Assembly: GCA_964413685.1 (NCBI GenBank)
Contig: CAYPSW010000001.1
Location: 365,461 to 429,460 of the forward strand
Direction of reading: 5' to 3'
Source: an uncultured Chitinophagales bacterium
Lineage (GTDB): Bacteria; Bacteroidota; Bacteroidia; Chitinophagales; S012-47
Length of the DNA: 64,000 nt
Under the pieces are notes generated by a model. It saw only the letters and a program-made list of their open reading frames with translations. It searched no databases and was not told the origin of the DNA. This document shows positions 19,758-28,537 of the stretch, piece after piece. Within the stretch, counting starts at the first letter, position 1. Every line of letters starts with the position of its first letter. Made by a program: the position numbers and the translations under genes.

Positions 19758-20207
19758 CTAATTGTTTAATAATAGTCTTACGAAAGTGGCCACAATTTTA
19801 TTATCCGCTTTGCCTGCCAGTTCTTTTGATGCCATACCCATTATCCTACCCATATCCTGCATACCGGAAGCTCCCGTTTTCTTAATCAAATTTTCCAGAT
19901 AAGATTTAATTTCAGCCTCATTCATTTGTACCGGAAGATATTTTTTCAAAATCGCTATTTCTTCTTCTTCCTTAATGGCAAGATCTGATCGGTCTTTTTC
20001 TTTGTAGATATGCAAGGAATCTTCACGTTGTTTCAGCAATTTTTGAACAATTTGAATACATCGTGTTTCATCTAGCTCCTTCGCATTTTTTTCAGTTTGT
20101 GCCATCAAAAAGGCAGCCTTTAGTGCACGGAGTGCTCTGAGTTCAGCCTGAGCTTTTGCCTTCATAGCCAATTTAATATCTTCATTAATTTGATTCACTA
20201 AGGTCAT
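19758..20207 (-). CDS. GatB/YqeY domain-containing protein
   Basis: YqeY-like N-terminus MTLVNQINEDIKLAMKAKAQAELRALRALKAAF. ATG 20207 is preferred to the GTG at 20243. A TACTTTTG -7 box lies on the minus strand at 20231-20238. Confidence 0.75.
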   Translation of the reverse strand: MTLVNQINEDIKLAMKAKAQAELRALRALKAAFLMAQTEKNAKELDETRCIQIVQKLLKQREDSLHIYKEKDRSDLAIKEEEEIAILKKYLPVQMNEAEIKSYLENLIKKTGASGMQDMGRIMGMASKELAGKADNKIVATFVRLLLNN

Positions 20208-20416
20208 AATAATTTCAGTATTGTATATTACAAAAGTAGCCACATATTACGGATAGTTTCAGATATTTTCAAGCCTGAAAGGCTTTATTCCAGTCTTTGT
20301 TCCTGAAATTTGAAAATCTATTGCCATTAATCTCTGAAAGGGAGGCTTTCATTTTGCAGAGTCATGCTCTGTCTGATTAAATGAAAAAAGTCTTCTAATA
20401 AAATGTCCTTGGCTGA

Positions 20417-20623
20417 TTAATCGAGATCTTCGTAATCAATATATTCACCTTCAGTAAAATCCGATTTTTGTTTAGGCGGCTCATTGTCAACTCTTATTTG
20501 CCCCTCTTGCCTGGAATGAGGTCGATTTCTGGTCTTGTTTGATGAAGTTATTCTGAATAATGGCTTTAGAAAAAAATCATAAATCAGGTAGATTGTAATT
20601 CCGTAAAGTATAAATCGAAACAT
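20417..20623 (-). CDS. small membrane protein, DUF4834-like
   Basis: 68 aa with one N-terminal TM helix (MFRFILYGITIYLIYDFFL), a basic linker and an acidic tail GEYIDYEDLD, the pattern I recall for DUF4834. Confidence 0.5.
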   Translation of the reverse strand: MFRFILYGITIYLIYDFFLKPLFRITSSNKTRNRPHSRQEGQIRVDNEPPKQKSDFTEGEYIDYEDLD

Positions 20624-20708
20624 GCAATTTATTTAGTGTAAAGGTAAGAATTTATAGGGTGTAAGGAATTTGAACCACCTTTTAAACAGTTAAATCACAA
20701 GAAAAAAT

Positions 20709-20752
20709 GTAAAACTTTCCTAAAAAAGTTTTACTTTAAACCCTTTAAACCC
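20709..20752. repeat. perfect 10-bp inverted repeat followed by a tandem 9-mer, immediately upstream of the 20759 start
   Basis: GTAAAACTTT (20709-20718) and AAAGTTTTAC (20725-20734) are exact reverse complements separated by a 6-nt spacer. TTTAAACCC then occurs twice in tandem (20735-20743 and 20744-20752). Confidence 0.6.
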
Positions 20753-20758
20753 ATAATT

Positions 20759-21619
20759 ATGAAACATACAAATCAAATGTCAAAAATAGCGTTATTGATC
20801 ATTTTGGCAGCACCAATCATTTTGTCAGTTAATTCTTGCAAAAAAATTGAAGGTTGTACTGATGCTACATCTTTAGATTATAATGCTGAAGCTACCGTTG
20901 ACGATGGAAGTTGTACATATCCTGAAGAAAGCACTAAAGTTACATTGTTAGAATTTACAGCTACCTGGTGTGGGCCTTGCGGAAGCTGGGGCTCAGATGC
21001 TTTTCATGAAAGCCTTACCAACAATCCGAATGATGTCATCGGCATTGCTGTTCATGCTTCTAACACTGACCCCATGTATAATTCTGTTTCGCAAGCTTTG
21101 ATTAATAACTTTACAATCTCAGGATGGCCTAATTTCTGGTTAGGTAATGATTTCTTGGGCACAAACTATTATCAGATCACAACTCTTTTACCAACTTATT
21201 TAAGTACAGCTGTGGTGGCCAATGCATCTGCAAGGCTTACTAAGACAGAAACCGCTTTAGAAGTAAAGACATCCGCCAAATTCTTTTCTGATGCAACGGG
21301 CGATTTCTACTTGGGTGTATATGTAATTGAAAATGGAATTCCGGGAGATGACCTTGCCGGTGCCTATAACCAAAACGGAGCTACTGATGCTGACCATCCA
21401 GGTTATACTCATGACCATGTCATGAGGGCTGTTGCCGGAAGTAATCCATGGGGAAGCCAAATTGTGACCGGATCAATCACTGCCGGTGAAATCATAAACC
21501 TTGATTTTTCTATTCCAATGCAGGTAGAATGGAATGCGGATAACGTGCATGTAATTTGCATAATTTGGAAAGCTAATGGCACTACATACGATTTTGTAAA
21601 TGCTGCCGAGGCAGAATAG
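20759..21619 (+). CDS. thioredoxin-fold lipoprotein (Omp28-related-like)
   Basis: Signal/lipobox LIILAAPIILSVNSC, a Cys-bounded loop GCTDATSLDYNAEATVDDGSCTY, then LLEFTATWCGPCGSWG (CxxC). Confidence 0.6.
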   Translation: MKHTNQMSKIALLIILAAPIILSVNSCKKIEGCTDATSLDYNAEATVDDGSCTYPEESTKVTLLEFTATWCGPCGSWGSDAFHESLTNNPNDVIGIAVHASNTDPMYNSVSQALINNFTISGWPNFWLGNDFLGTNYYQITTLLPTYLSTAVVANASARLTKTETALEVKTSAKFFSDATGDFYLGVYVIENGIPGDDLAGAYNQNGATDADHPGYTHDHVMRAVAGSNPWGSQIVTGSITAGEIINLDFSIPMQVEWNADNVHVICIIWKANGTTYDFVNAAEAE

Positions 21620-21692
21620 CGTCTGGGAAAAATTTGAATATTTAATAGAATTGATCCTGAGGAATTTCATTTTGGATATTCTATCCTTAATG

Positions 21693-22334
21693 CTAGTTGT
21701 GGAAATTTTTTTCACCGGCATTGATTTCCACTTCCAGATAGTTTTCTTTGGGTGGAATCGGGCATGACCAATGGCTGCCATAAGCACAATATGGATTATA
21801 TGCCTGATTGAAATCGAGTAAAACCAAATTGCTGTCAGGAATGTCTATATCAAGATAACGGCCTCCGCCATAGGTGATTTTCCCACTATTCAAATCCTTG
21901 AAAGGGATAAACAAATACTTGTCATAAACTTCTGATTGCAACAAACGTTGGTTTTGATAAGCAGTCAGTTGGAGTGGCCGGCCAGATAATTCGAAGGATA
22001 ATCGGGCAAATCTTTTATAAGGGTCCGCCTTTTCACCGGAGCTGGTCATCATGATAATTGAATCATCTTCTAATTTCTCAAACAGTGCCAATACTTTGTA
22101 GCTGCTGTCCGGTTTAAAATAATGAAGACCTTCAAAGGTATCGACTACTGATATGTCATCGAAAGGAGTGCTTTCAGGCTTGCTAAACGCAAGGTTTTTT
22201 GCTTCCCTGGTAGAGTCAATACTTGCTTCCCAGGCAGATTGATGTTTTTTTACTGATGTTTGGCAAGCCATTAGAAATAGGGCACTCAGTAACGACAGGA
22301 TAAAAAAATTTCGGAAATTGCTTATTGCTGACAT
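21693..22334 (-). CDS. DUF1684 domain-containing protein
   Basis: C-terminal signature NQAYNPYCAYGSHWSCPIPPKENYLEVEINAGEKNF, with a signal/lipoprotein N-terminus (LSALFLMAC). Confidence 0.7.
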   Translation of the reverse strand: MSAISNFRNFFILSLLSALFLMACQTSVKKHQSAWEASIDSTREAKNLAFSKPESTPFDDISVVDTFEGLHYFKPDSSYKVLALFEKLEDDSIIMMTSSGEKADPYKRFARLSFELSGRPLQLTAYQNQRLLQSEVYDKYLFIPFKDLNSGKITYGGGRYLDIDIPDSNLVLLDFNQAYNPYCAYGSHWSCPIPPKENYLEVEINAGEKNFHN

Positions 22335-22372
22335 ATCAATTCAATTTTTTGTCAGTGGCATAGGATGAACGC

Positions 22373-25186
22373 TTATCGGCTAAGGTACATGGATTTTTTC
22401 CGGTAAATATCACGAAAATAAGGGTCGTGCAAATCGTTGATGAAAAGAATCGATTCTCCGGTAGAACGCATTTCCGGTCCCAACTCTTTATTGACATTTG
22501 GAAATTTGTCGAATGAGAATACAGGAAGTTTGATGGCAAAGCCTGTAAGCTTTCTGTTGAATTCAAAATCCTTGATTTTATGGGTTCCTATCATCACTTT
22601 GGTGGCAATGTTCAGGAAAGGAACCTGATAAGCCTTACTGATGAAAGGCATGGTGCGAGAAGCCCGTGGATTGGCTTCTATCACGTGGACATCGCCATTT
22701 TTAATGGCAAACTGAATATTGATTAGTCCTTTTATTTTTAGTGCCAAAGCTAACTTAATCGCATATTCCTTCATGATGTCGACCACTCTGGGCGAAAGGT
22801 CATAAGCCGGCAGAACAGCACTCGAATCGCCCGAGTGAATACCGGCTGGTTCGATGTGTTCCATAATACCCATAACAACTACTTCTTCTCCATCACAAAT
22901 GGCATCCATTTCAGCTTCTTCAGCCCGGTCGAGGAAACGGTCAATCAGGATAACATTATCGGGGAAATGTTTCAGAATTCCAATAACTGATTGTTCCAGA
23001 TCTTCATCGTTGATAACAATACGCATTTTTTGCCCGCCCAGCACATAACTTGGTCTAACCAATACCGGATAGCCTACTTTATTAGCTACCTTAATGGCTT
23101 CCTCTGCGGTTCTGGCTACACCATAATCAGGATAAGGGATTTGGAGCTCTTCTAGCAGGTTAGAGAAACGACCCCTATCTTCGGCAAGGTCCATACTTTC
23201 ATAGTCAGTACCTATAATCGGAATTCCTTTTTCCGTAAGTATTTTTGCTAGTTTCAAGGCGGTTTGCCCACCCAGCTGTACAATCACTCCTTCCGGTTTT
23301 TCAAGGTCTATGATTTCACGAAGGTGCTCCCAGAAAACCGGCTCGAAGTATAATTTGTCGGCTATATCAAAATCTGTTGATACGGTTTCAGGATTACAAT
23401 TAACCATGATGGCTTCATAACCCATTTCACGAAGCCCTAAAACACCATGCACACAACAATAATCAAATTCAATACCCTGACCAATTCGGTTTGGGCCCGA
23501 GCCCAGCACAATAATTTTTTTCTTATCGCTGGGAATACTTTCATTTTCTGTATCAAAAGTGGAATAATAATACGGTGTTATTGCATTGAATTCTGCAGCA
23601 CAAGTATCGACCAGTTTATAAGTTCGCCTGATACCCAAGGCCATCCGCTTTTCATAGACTTTTTCTTCAGTGGTTGACAGCAGATAGGCAAGTTGCAAAT
23701 CGGAGTAACCCATTTGTTTCGCCCGATGTATTACTTCTTGCGGAATGGAATCAAGAGAATACCGTTTCATCTCCTCATCAAGCTTCACTAATTGTTGAAT
23801 CTGCAATATGAACCAACGGTCAATACGGGTTAATTTTTGAACAGTTTTTACTGATACACCCAAACGAAGGGCTTCTTTGATTTTAAAGATCCGATCCCAT
23901 GACGGGTTTTGAAGTCCATCAAGCAAGTCATCAACTTTATGCCATCCACGTCCGTCAGCCCCGAGTCCAATCCGTTCATTTTCTAATGATTGACAAACTT
24001 TTTGAAGTGCTTCATTAAAATTTCGACCGATGGCCATGGCTTCCCCCACCGATTTCATTTGCAAGCCGAGCATTTCATCACATCCCGGAAATTTCCCAAA
24101 ATTCCATCGTGGCATTTTCACAACTACATAATCAAGTACAGGTTCGAAAAAAGCGGAAGTATTGCCAGTAATTTGATTACTAAGTTCATGTAAACGATAC
24201 CCTATGGCCAGTTTAGCCGCAATCTTTGCAATCGGATAACCTGTGGCTTTCGATGCCAATGCAGAGGAGCGTGATACGCGTGGATTTATCTCAATGGCAA
24301 TTAAATTTTCTGTATCAGGGTCAAGTGCAAATTGTACATTACAGCCACCATCAAAATGACCAAGTGAGCGCATCATACGGAAAGACATATCGCGCATGCG
24401 CTGAAATGCTTTGTCCGATAAGGTCATAGCTGGGGCAACGGTGATGCTATCTCCTGTGTGGATACCCATCGGGTCCATATTTTCTACCGTACAGATGATG
24501 ACAATATTATCGTCCCGGTCTCGCAATAGTTCTAATTCAAATTCTTTCCAGCCAAGCACCGCTTTTTCAACCAATACTTCGTGTGAAGGTGAAGCAGACA
24601 AACCCCGTTTGAGTGCATTATCCAGCTCCTCTTTCGAGTGGACCAAAGCTCCACCTGAGCCGCCTAAAGTATAAGAAGGCCGGATCACTAATGGAAATCC
24701 GATTTTTTGAGCAATATCTTTTCCTTCCAGAAATGAATTGGCAATTTGAGAAGGAGCTACAGGCACTCCTATATCAGCCATTAATTGGCGGAATAGTTCA
24801 CGATTTTCTGTCAGCTCAATAGCGTCCATATCCACACCAATAAGTTTTACATCAAATTTCTTCCAGATGCCAAGGTCATAAGCTTCTTTACAAAGATTTA
24901 GTGCGGTTTGCCCACCCATAGTAGGCAATACTGCATCAATCTTTTGTTTCTCAAGAATTTGCTCAATAGATTCAACAGTCAGCGGTAAGAGGAAAATGTG
25001 GTCGGCTGTTACCTGATCGGTCATGATGGTGGCCGGATTGCTGTTGATGAGCGAAACTTCAATGCCTTCTTCTCTTAAACTACGCGCAGCCTGTGTTCCT
25101 GAATAATCGAATTCGCATGCCTGCCCGATGATAATTGGTCCACTCCCGATGATTAATACAGACTGAATGGTTTTGTCTCTGGGCAT
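22373..25186 (-). CDS. carB: carbamoyl-phosphate synthase large subunit (short form, no C-terminal allosteric domain)
   Basis: Two ATP-grasp halves (VLIIGSGPIIIGQACEFDYSGTQA and IIVLGSGPNRIGQGIEFDYCCVH). At 937 aa it ends about 25 aa after the MRSTGES motif. Confidence 0.93.
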   Translation of the reverse strand: MPRDKTIQSVLIIGSGPIIIGQACEFDYSGTQAARSLREEGIEVSLINSNPATIMTDQVTADHIFLLPLTVESIEQILEKQKIDAVLPTMGGQTALNLCKEAYDLGIWKKFDVKLIGVDMDAIELTENRELFRQLMADIGVPVAPSQIANSFLEGKDIAQKIGFPLVIRPSYTLGGSGGALVHSKEELDNALKRGLSASPSHEVLVEKAVLGWKEFELELLRDRDDNIVIICTVENMDPMGIHTGDSITVAPAMTLSDKAFQRMRDMSFRMMRSLGHFDGGCNVQFALDPDTENLIAIEINPRVSRSSALASKATGYPIAKIAAKLAIGYRLHELSNQITGNTSAFFEPVLDYVVVKMPRWNFGKFPGCDEMLGLQMKSVGEAMAIGRNFNEALQKVCQSLENERIGLGADGRGWHKVDDLLDGLQNPSWDRIFKIKEALRLGVSVKTVQKLTRIDRWFILQIQQLVKLDEEMKRYSLDSIPQEVIHRAKQMGYSDLQLAYLLSTTEEKVYEKRMALGIRRTYKLVDTCAAEFNAITPYYYSTFDTENESIPSDKKKIIVLGSGPNRIGQGIEFDYCCVHGVLGLREMGYEAIMVNCNPETVSTDFDIADKLYFEPVFWEHLREIIDLEKPEGVIVQLGGQTALKLAKILTEKGIPIIGTDYESMDLAEDRGRFSNLLEELQIPYPDYGVARTAEEAIKVANKVGYPVLVRPSYVLGGQKMRIVINDEDLEQSVIGILKHFPDNVILIDRFLDRAEEAEMDAICDGEEVVVMGIMEHIEPAGIHSGDSSAVLPAYDLSPRVVDIMKEYAIKLALALKIKGLINIQFAIKNGDVHVIEANPRASRTMPFISKAYQVPFLNIATKVMIGTHKIKDFEFNRKLTGFAIKLPVFSFDKFPNVNKELGPEMRSTGESILFINDLHDPYFRDIYRKKSMYLSR

Positions 25187-25277
25187 GAATACAACTTATG
25201 CAGAATTTGTGCAAAAATAGAGCTTTTGAACTTCTTCCTGAAAGCTTTCAATTAAAATTAATCAACATTATTTGGGA

Positions 25278-25307
25278 TTGCCGCCATCAAATTTCCTTTT
25301 ACTTTTG
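25278..25307 (+). promoter_or_regulatory. candidate Bacteroidota sigma-A promoter (-33 TTG / -7 TAnnTTTG)
   Basis: TTG at 25278-25280, a 19-nt spacer, then TACTTTTG at 25300-25307, 14 nt before the ATG at 25322. Confidence 0.4.
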
Positions 25308-25321
25308 ATGTCTGCATTATC

Positions 25322-26140
25322 ATGAAAGTTCAATCAGAAAGTCGTTTTTTGACTTGTCAGCATTCTGAAATTCATTACCTTGTTTTTGGGCATGGAGCGG
25401 AGCCTTTAATTGCATTCCATGGATTTGGCGAAAACGCTGCCACTTTTGAAGCACTATTCCCTTCTCTTGCACAAAAGTTTACAGTTTATGCAGTTGATTT
25501 TCCTTTTCATGGTAAAACTCGTTGGGATTCAAGAGATAAACTGGATAAAAAAATATTTTCTGCCTGGATAGAAAAGCTGTTGGATATTGAAGGTATTAAT
25601 CATTTTTCAGTTATGGGATTCAGTATGGGTGCTCGCATGGTGATGGCTGCTTTAATGGAATTTAAAAGCCGCATTCATACGGTTTTTCTCATTGCTGCCG
25701 ATGGCATTAAAACACATCCTGTTTTCAATGTAGCCATGTATCCCGGTTGGGGTCGTTTTATCTTTAAAAAAGTGATGCATAATCCCCGGTTTTTCTTTCA
25801 GCTACTTGGACTGTTATACAGGTTTAAACTAGTCAGTAAATTCTTGTACAATTTTACCAGAAATCATATGGATACTCCTGAAAAGAGACAACGCATTTAT
25901 TTTACATGGACTACGCTGAAACAGTTTATCCCCGATATTCCTGCAGTGAAAATTATCCTTGAGACAGAAGCCATTCACAGCTATCTCTTTTTCGGGCAGT
26001 ATGATGAAGTAATTACCCCAAAAACCGGCAGGGCTTTTGCCAAGGGCTTGACGTATGGCATGTTGCAAATTGTTCCTCATGGTCATTTGCTGATTGCACC
26101 TTTCTTAAATGAATACATAGATAAAGCCCTTAAGGTATGA
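25322..26140 (+). CDS. alpha/beta hydrolase
   Basis: HG motif (LIAFHGFGE) and nucleophile elbow VMGFSMGAR. ATGA overlap with the next gene at 26137-26140. Confidence 0.75.
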   Translation: MKVQSESRFLTCQHSEIHYLVFGHGAEPLIAFHGFGENAATFEALFPSLAQKFTVYAVDFPFHGKTRWDSRDKLDKKIFSAWIEKLLDIEGINHFSVMGFSMGARMVMAALMEFKSRIHTVFLIAADGIKTHPVFNVAMYPGWGRFIFKKVMHNPRFFFQLLGLLYRFKLVSKFLYNFTRNHMDTPEKRQRIYFTWTTLKQFIPDIPAVKIILETEAIHSYLFFGQYDEVITPKTGRAFAKGLTYGMLQIVPHGHLLIAPFLNEYIDKALKV

Positions 26141-27258
26141 TATATTGGTTTTATAATACCTTATTATTGATAGCCGGAGGCTATGCGCTTTTGTTAATGG
26201 TTTTGATTATTGGCTGGCGAAGGATAGCGAATCAAAATTGGGAAATGGAGAAGGATCTCGATGGTATTTCAATTATTATTCCGGCCAGAAACGAGGCAGA
26301 TAATATAGCTTCACTTTTGAACGATTTATCTGCTCAAACGCTCAATAGGAAACAGTTCGAAATTATTTTAGTTGATGATCATAGCGAGGACGGAACGACT
26401 GAGATAGCTGCTTCCTTTGTCCTTTCTGACCTGAGTATAATCAGTTTAGATGATGCTTTTGGGAAAAAAGCCGCAATTCTTAAAGGGGTGCAAGCAGCAC
26501 GTTTCGAACGAATACTAACCCTTGATGCCGATATCAGAGTCGGGAAAGATTTCTTGAAAATATGGCAAACAACTTCTCAAAATTTTTCGCTGCTGGCTGG
26601 CCCTGTAAAGGTAAGGGAGGGTAGGGGATTGCTCAATCAACTGCAATTACTCGATGTGGCCGGTATGCAGGCCATGACAGCTGCCTGGTTCGGTTTTGAA
26701 AAACCAGTTTCTTGCAATGGGGCTAATCTTTCATTTTCAAAAGCAGCTTACCTCCAAATTGAGCAGAATCCCAAAGGAAGAAATCTTGCGTCAGGAGACG
26801 ATATCTTTTTATTGCAATCACTAGCCAGTAAACAAAAATACCGGACTGGATATTTGAACCGACAGGAAGCTATTGTTAGCGTAAATGCAGAATCCGATTG
26901 GCTTTCTTTTCTCAAACAACGTGTACGATGGATCAGCAAGGCAACAGCCTATTCCAGCCACCATGTACAATTACTGTTGATTTTCATTTATGTTTTTAAT
27001 CTATTGTTACTCATTGGCACTATCTGTATCTTCTGGCATCCTGCTCAGCTTGTTCTGCTTACCGGAGCCTGGGTGTTCAAGATATTTTTTGAGCTGCTAT
27101 TCCTTATCCCCGTTCTCCGCTTCTTTTCTCAAACGAAAGCGCTTCGCTATTTTCTAATTGTTCAAGGGGTGCATGTGTTTTACACTTCTGTACTGGGTAT
27201 TTTAGGTACTTTTATTCCTGTGAAATGGAAGGGGCGTTCTATCAAATATGGCCAGTAA
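26137..27258 (+). CDS. membrane-integrated family 2 glycosyltransferase (processive-type Q-x-x-RW)
   Basis: N-terminal TM helix, GT2 core (ISIIIPARNEADNI, ILVDDHSEDGT, TLDADI), QRVRWISK motif, and four or more C-terminal TM helices. Confidence 0.8.
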   Translation: MIYWFYNTLLLIAGGYALLLMVLIIGWRRIANQNWEMEKDLDGISIIIPARNEADNIASLLNDLSAQTLNRKQFEIILVDDHSEDGTTEIAASFVLSDLSIISLDDAFGKKAAILKGVQAARFERILTLDADIRVGKDFLKIWQTTSQNFSLLAGPVKVREGRGLLNQLQLLDVAGMQAMTAAWFGFEKPVSCNGANLSFSKAAYLQIEQNPKGRNLASGDDIFLLQSLASKQKYRTGYLNRQEAIVSVNAESDWLSFLKQRVRWISKATAYSSHHVQLLLIFIYVFNLLLLIGTICIFWHPAQLVLLTGAWVFKIFFELLFLIPVLRFFSQTKALRYFLIVQGVHVFYTSVLGILGTFIPVKWKGRSIKYGQ

Positions 27259-27267
27259 GAAAATATT

Positions 27268-28506
27268 ATGACGCTTAAACTGAAATTCCGGAACTCATTA
27301 AATACACCCAACTGGCTGGCCTGGGTAAGATTTAAACGCAATAAACCTGCACTTGCCGGATTGATATTTATTATTCTGATGGCCTTGCTTGCCATTTTTG
27401 CTTATGAGATCATCCCGGATGCTTCGAACAATGCTAATCGCCAGGTACTGGAATTGAAATTGAAAACACCCGGTTTCAGAGTGCATTTACTAAAGCTGAG
27501 ATTGAATACACCCTTGCAGAGTAAACCGGTGTGGAGAGCCTTTTTCAGTGGACAAAATGAATTGTTCCGATGGGTTCCATATCTGGATTATCATTTCCAG
27601 GACGACAAACTTTATATCACGCGTTATGTCGGGAATGATGAATCGGGACCTGAAGAATATTTCTTGCTGGCTGATATTTTGTTTCCGCTCGGTCAGGACA
27701 AGCCTGTGCTTTCTACAGGTCAAATTAAAGGCATGGATGTTTTCGGACAATCCTTTTCTATCGGGTTGATGGAAGCACGGAACAAAATTATGAATCAAAA
27801 TCTGTTAATAAAGCATTTTCTACTTGGCACCGATGCGCTAGGCCGTGATTACCTGAGCCGCCTTATACTTGGAATCAGGATATCGCTTGCAGTGGGCTTA
27901 CTTGCGGTAATCATTTCTATGCTTATAGGTGTTTGGATGGGTTCTTTAGCCGGCTACTATAAGGGTAAAACGGATACGGCTATCATGTATATCATCAATG
28001 TTTTCTGGTCGTTTCCAACCTTACTATTAGCCTTATCTCTGGCTCTGGTTTTGAAAAATGGATTGGTTCAGGTTTTTCTGGCCATTGGTTTGACGATGTG
28101 GATAGGCGTGGCCCGTATCGTTAGAGGTCAATTTTTGGTCATCCGCGAATTAGACTATGTGAAAGCGGCCCGTGTGCTGGGATTAAGGAATGGTCAAATT
28201 ATTTTCAGGCATATACTGCCTAATGTTAGCGGTCCGCTCATTGTAGTGATGGCTTCCAATTTTGCTGCTGCCATTTTGCTTGAGGCCGGACTCAGTTTTC
28301 TTGGCCTTGGTGTAGTGCGCCCAACTCCTTCTCTTGGCGTTATGCTTAATGATCATAAAAGTTATTTAATAGCAGGCTTACCTCATCTTGCCCTTTTACC
28401 GGGCATTATCATCAGTTTGTTGGTGCTGGCATTTTTCAGCCTTGGTAATGGATTGAGGGATGCTTTTGATGTGAAGGCCGTCAGCAGTTCAGCTAAAAAA
28501 CAGTAA
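27268..28506 (+). CDS. ABC transporter permease, OppC/DppC-like, with a large loop after TM1 (orphan)
   Basis: LLGTDALGRDYLSRLILG motif and a binding-protein-dependent permease core (EAA-like region VKAARVLGLRNGQIIFRHILPN). About 150 aa lie between TM1 and that motif. The window has no cognate ATPase, OppB or binding protein. Confidence 0.75.
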   Translation: MTLKLKFRNSLNTPNWLAWVRFKRNKPALAGLIFIILMALLAIFAYEIIPDASNNANRQVLELKLKTPGFRVHLLKLRLNTPLQSKPVWRAFFSGQNELFRWVPYLDYHFQDDKLYITRYVGNDESGPEEYFLLADILFPLGQDKPVLSTGQIKGMDVFGQSFSIGLMEARNKIMNQNLLIKHFLLGTDALGRDYLSRLILGIRISLAVGLLAVIISMLIGVWMGSLAGYYKGKTDTAIMYIINVFWSFPTLLLALSLALVLKNGLVQVFLAIGLTMWIGVARIVRGQFLVIRELDYVKAARVLGLRNGQIIFRHILPNVSGPLIVVMASNFAAAILLEAGLSFLGLGVVRPTPSLGVMLNDHKSYLIAGLPHLALLPGIIISLLVLAFFSLGNGLRDAFDVKAVSSSAKKQ

Positions 28507-28537
28507 TTTAGCCTATCAGAATAAAACTAAATATCTT

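Noticed and set aside
21473-22566. 104-aa ORF (21473-21787) and 76-aa ORF (22336-22566) bridging gene ends
   Set aside because: Each overlaps the 3' or 5' parts of two supported genes in another frame, and the translations are low-complexity. They are likely spurious.
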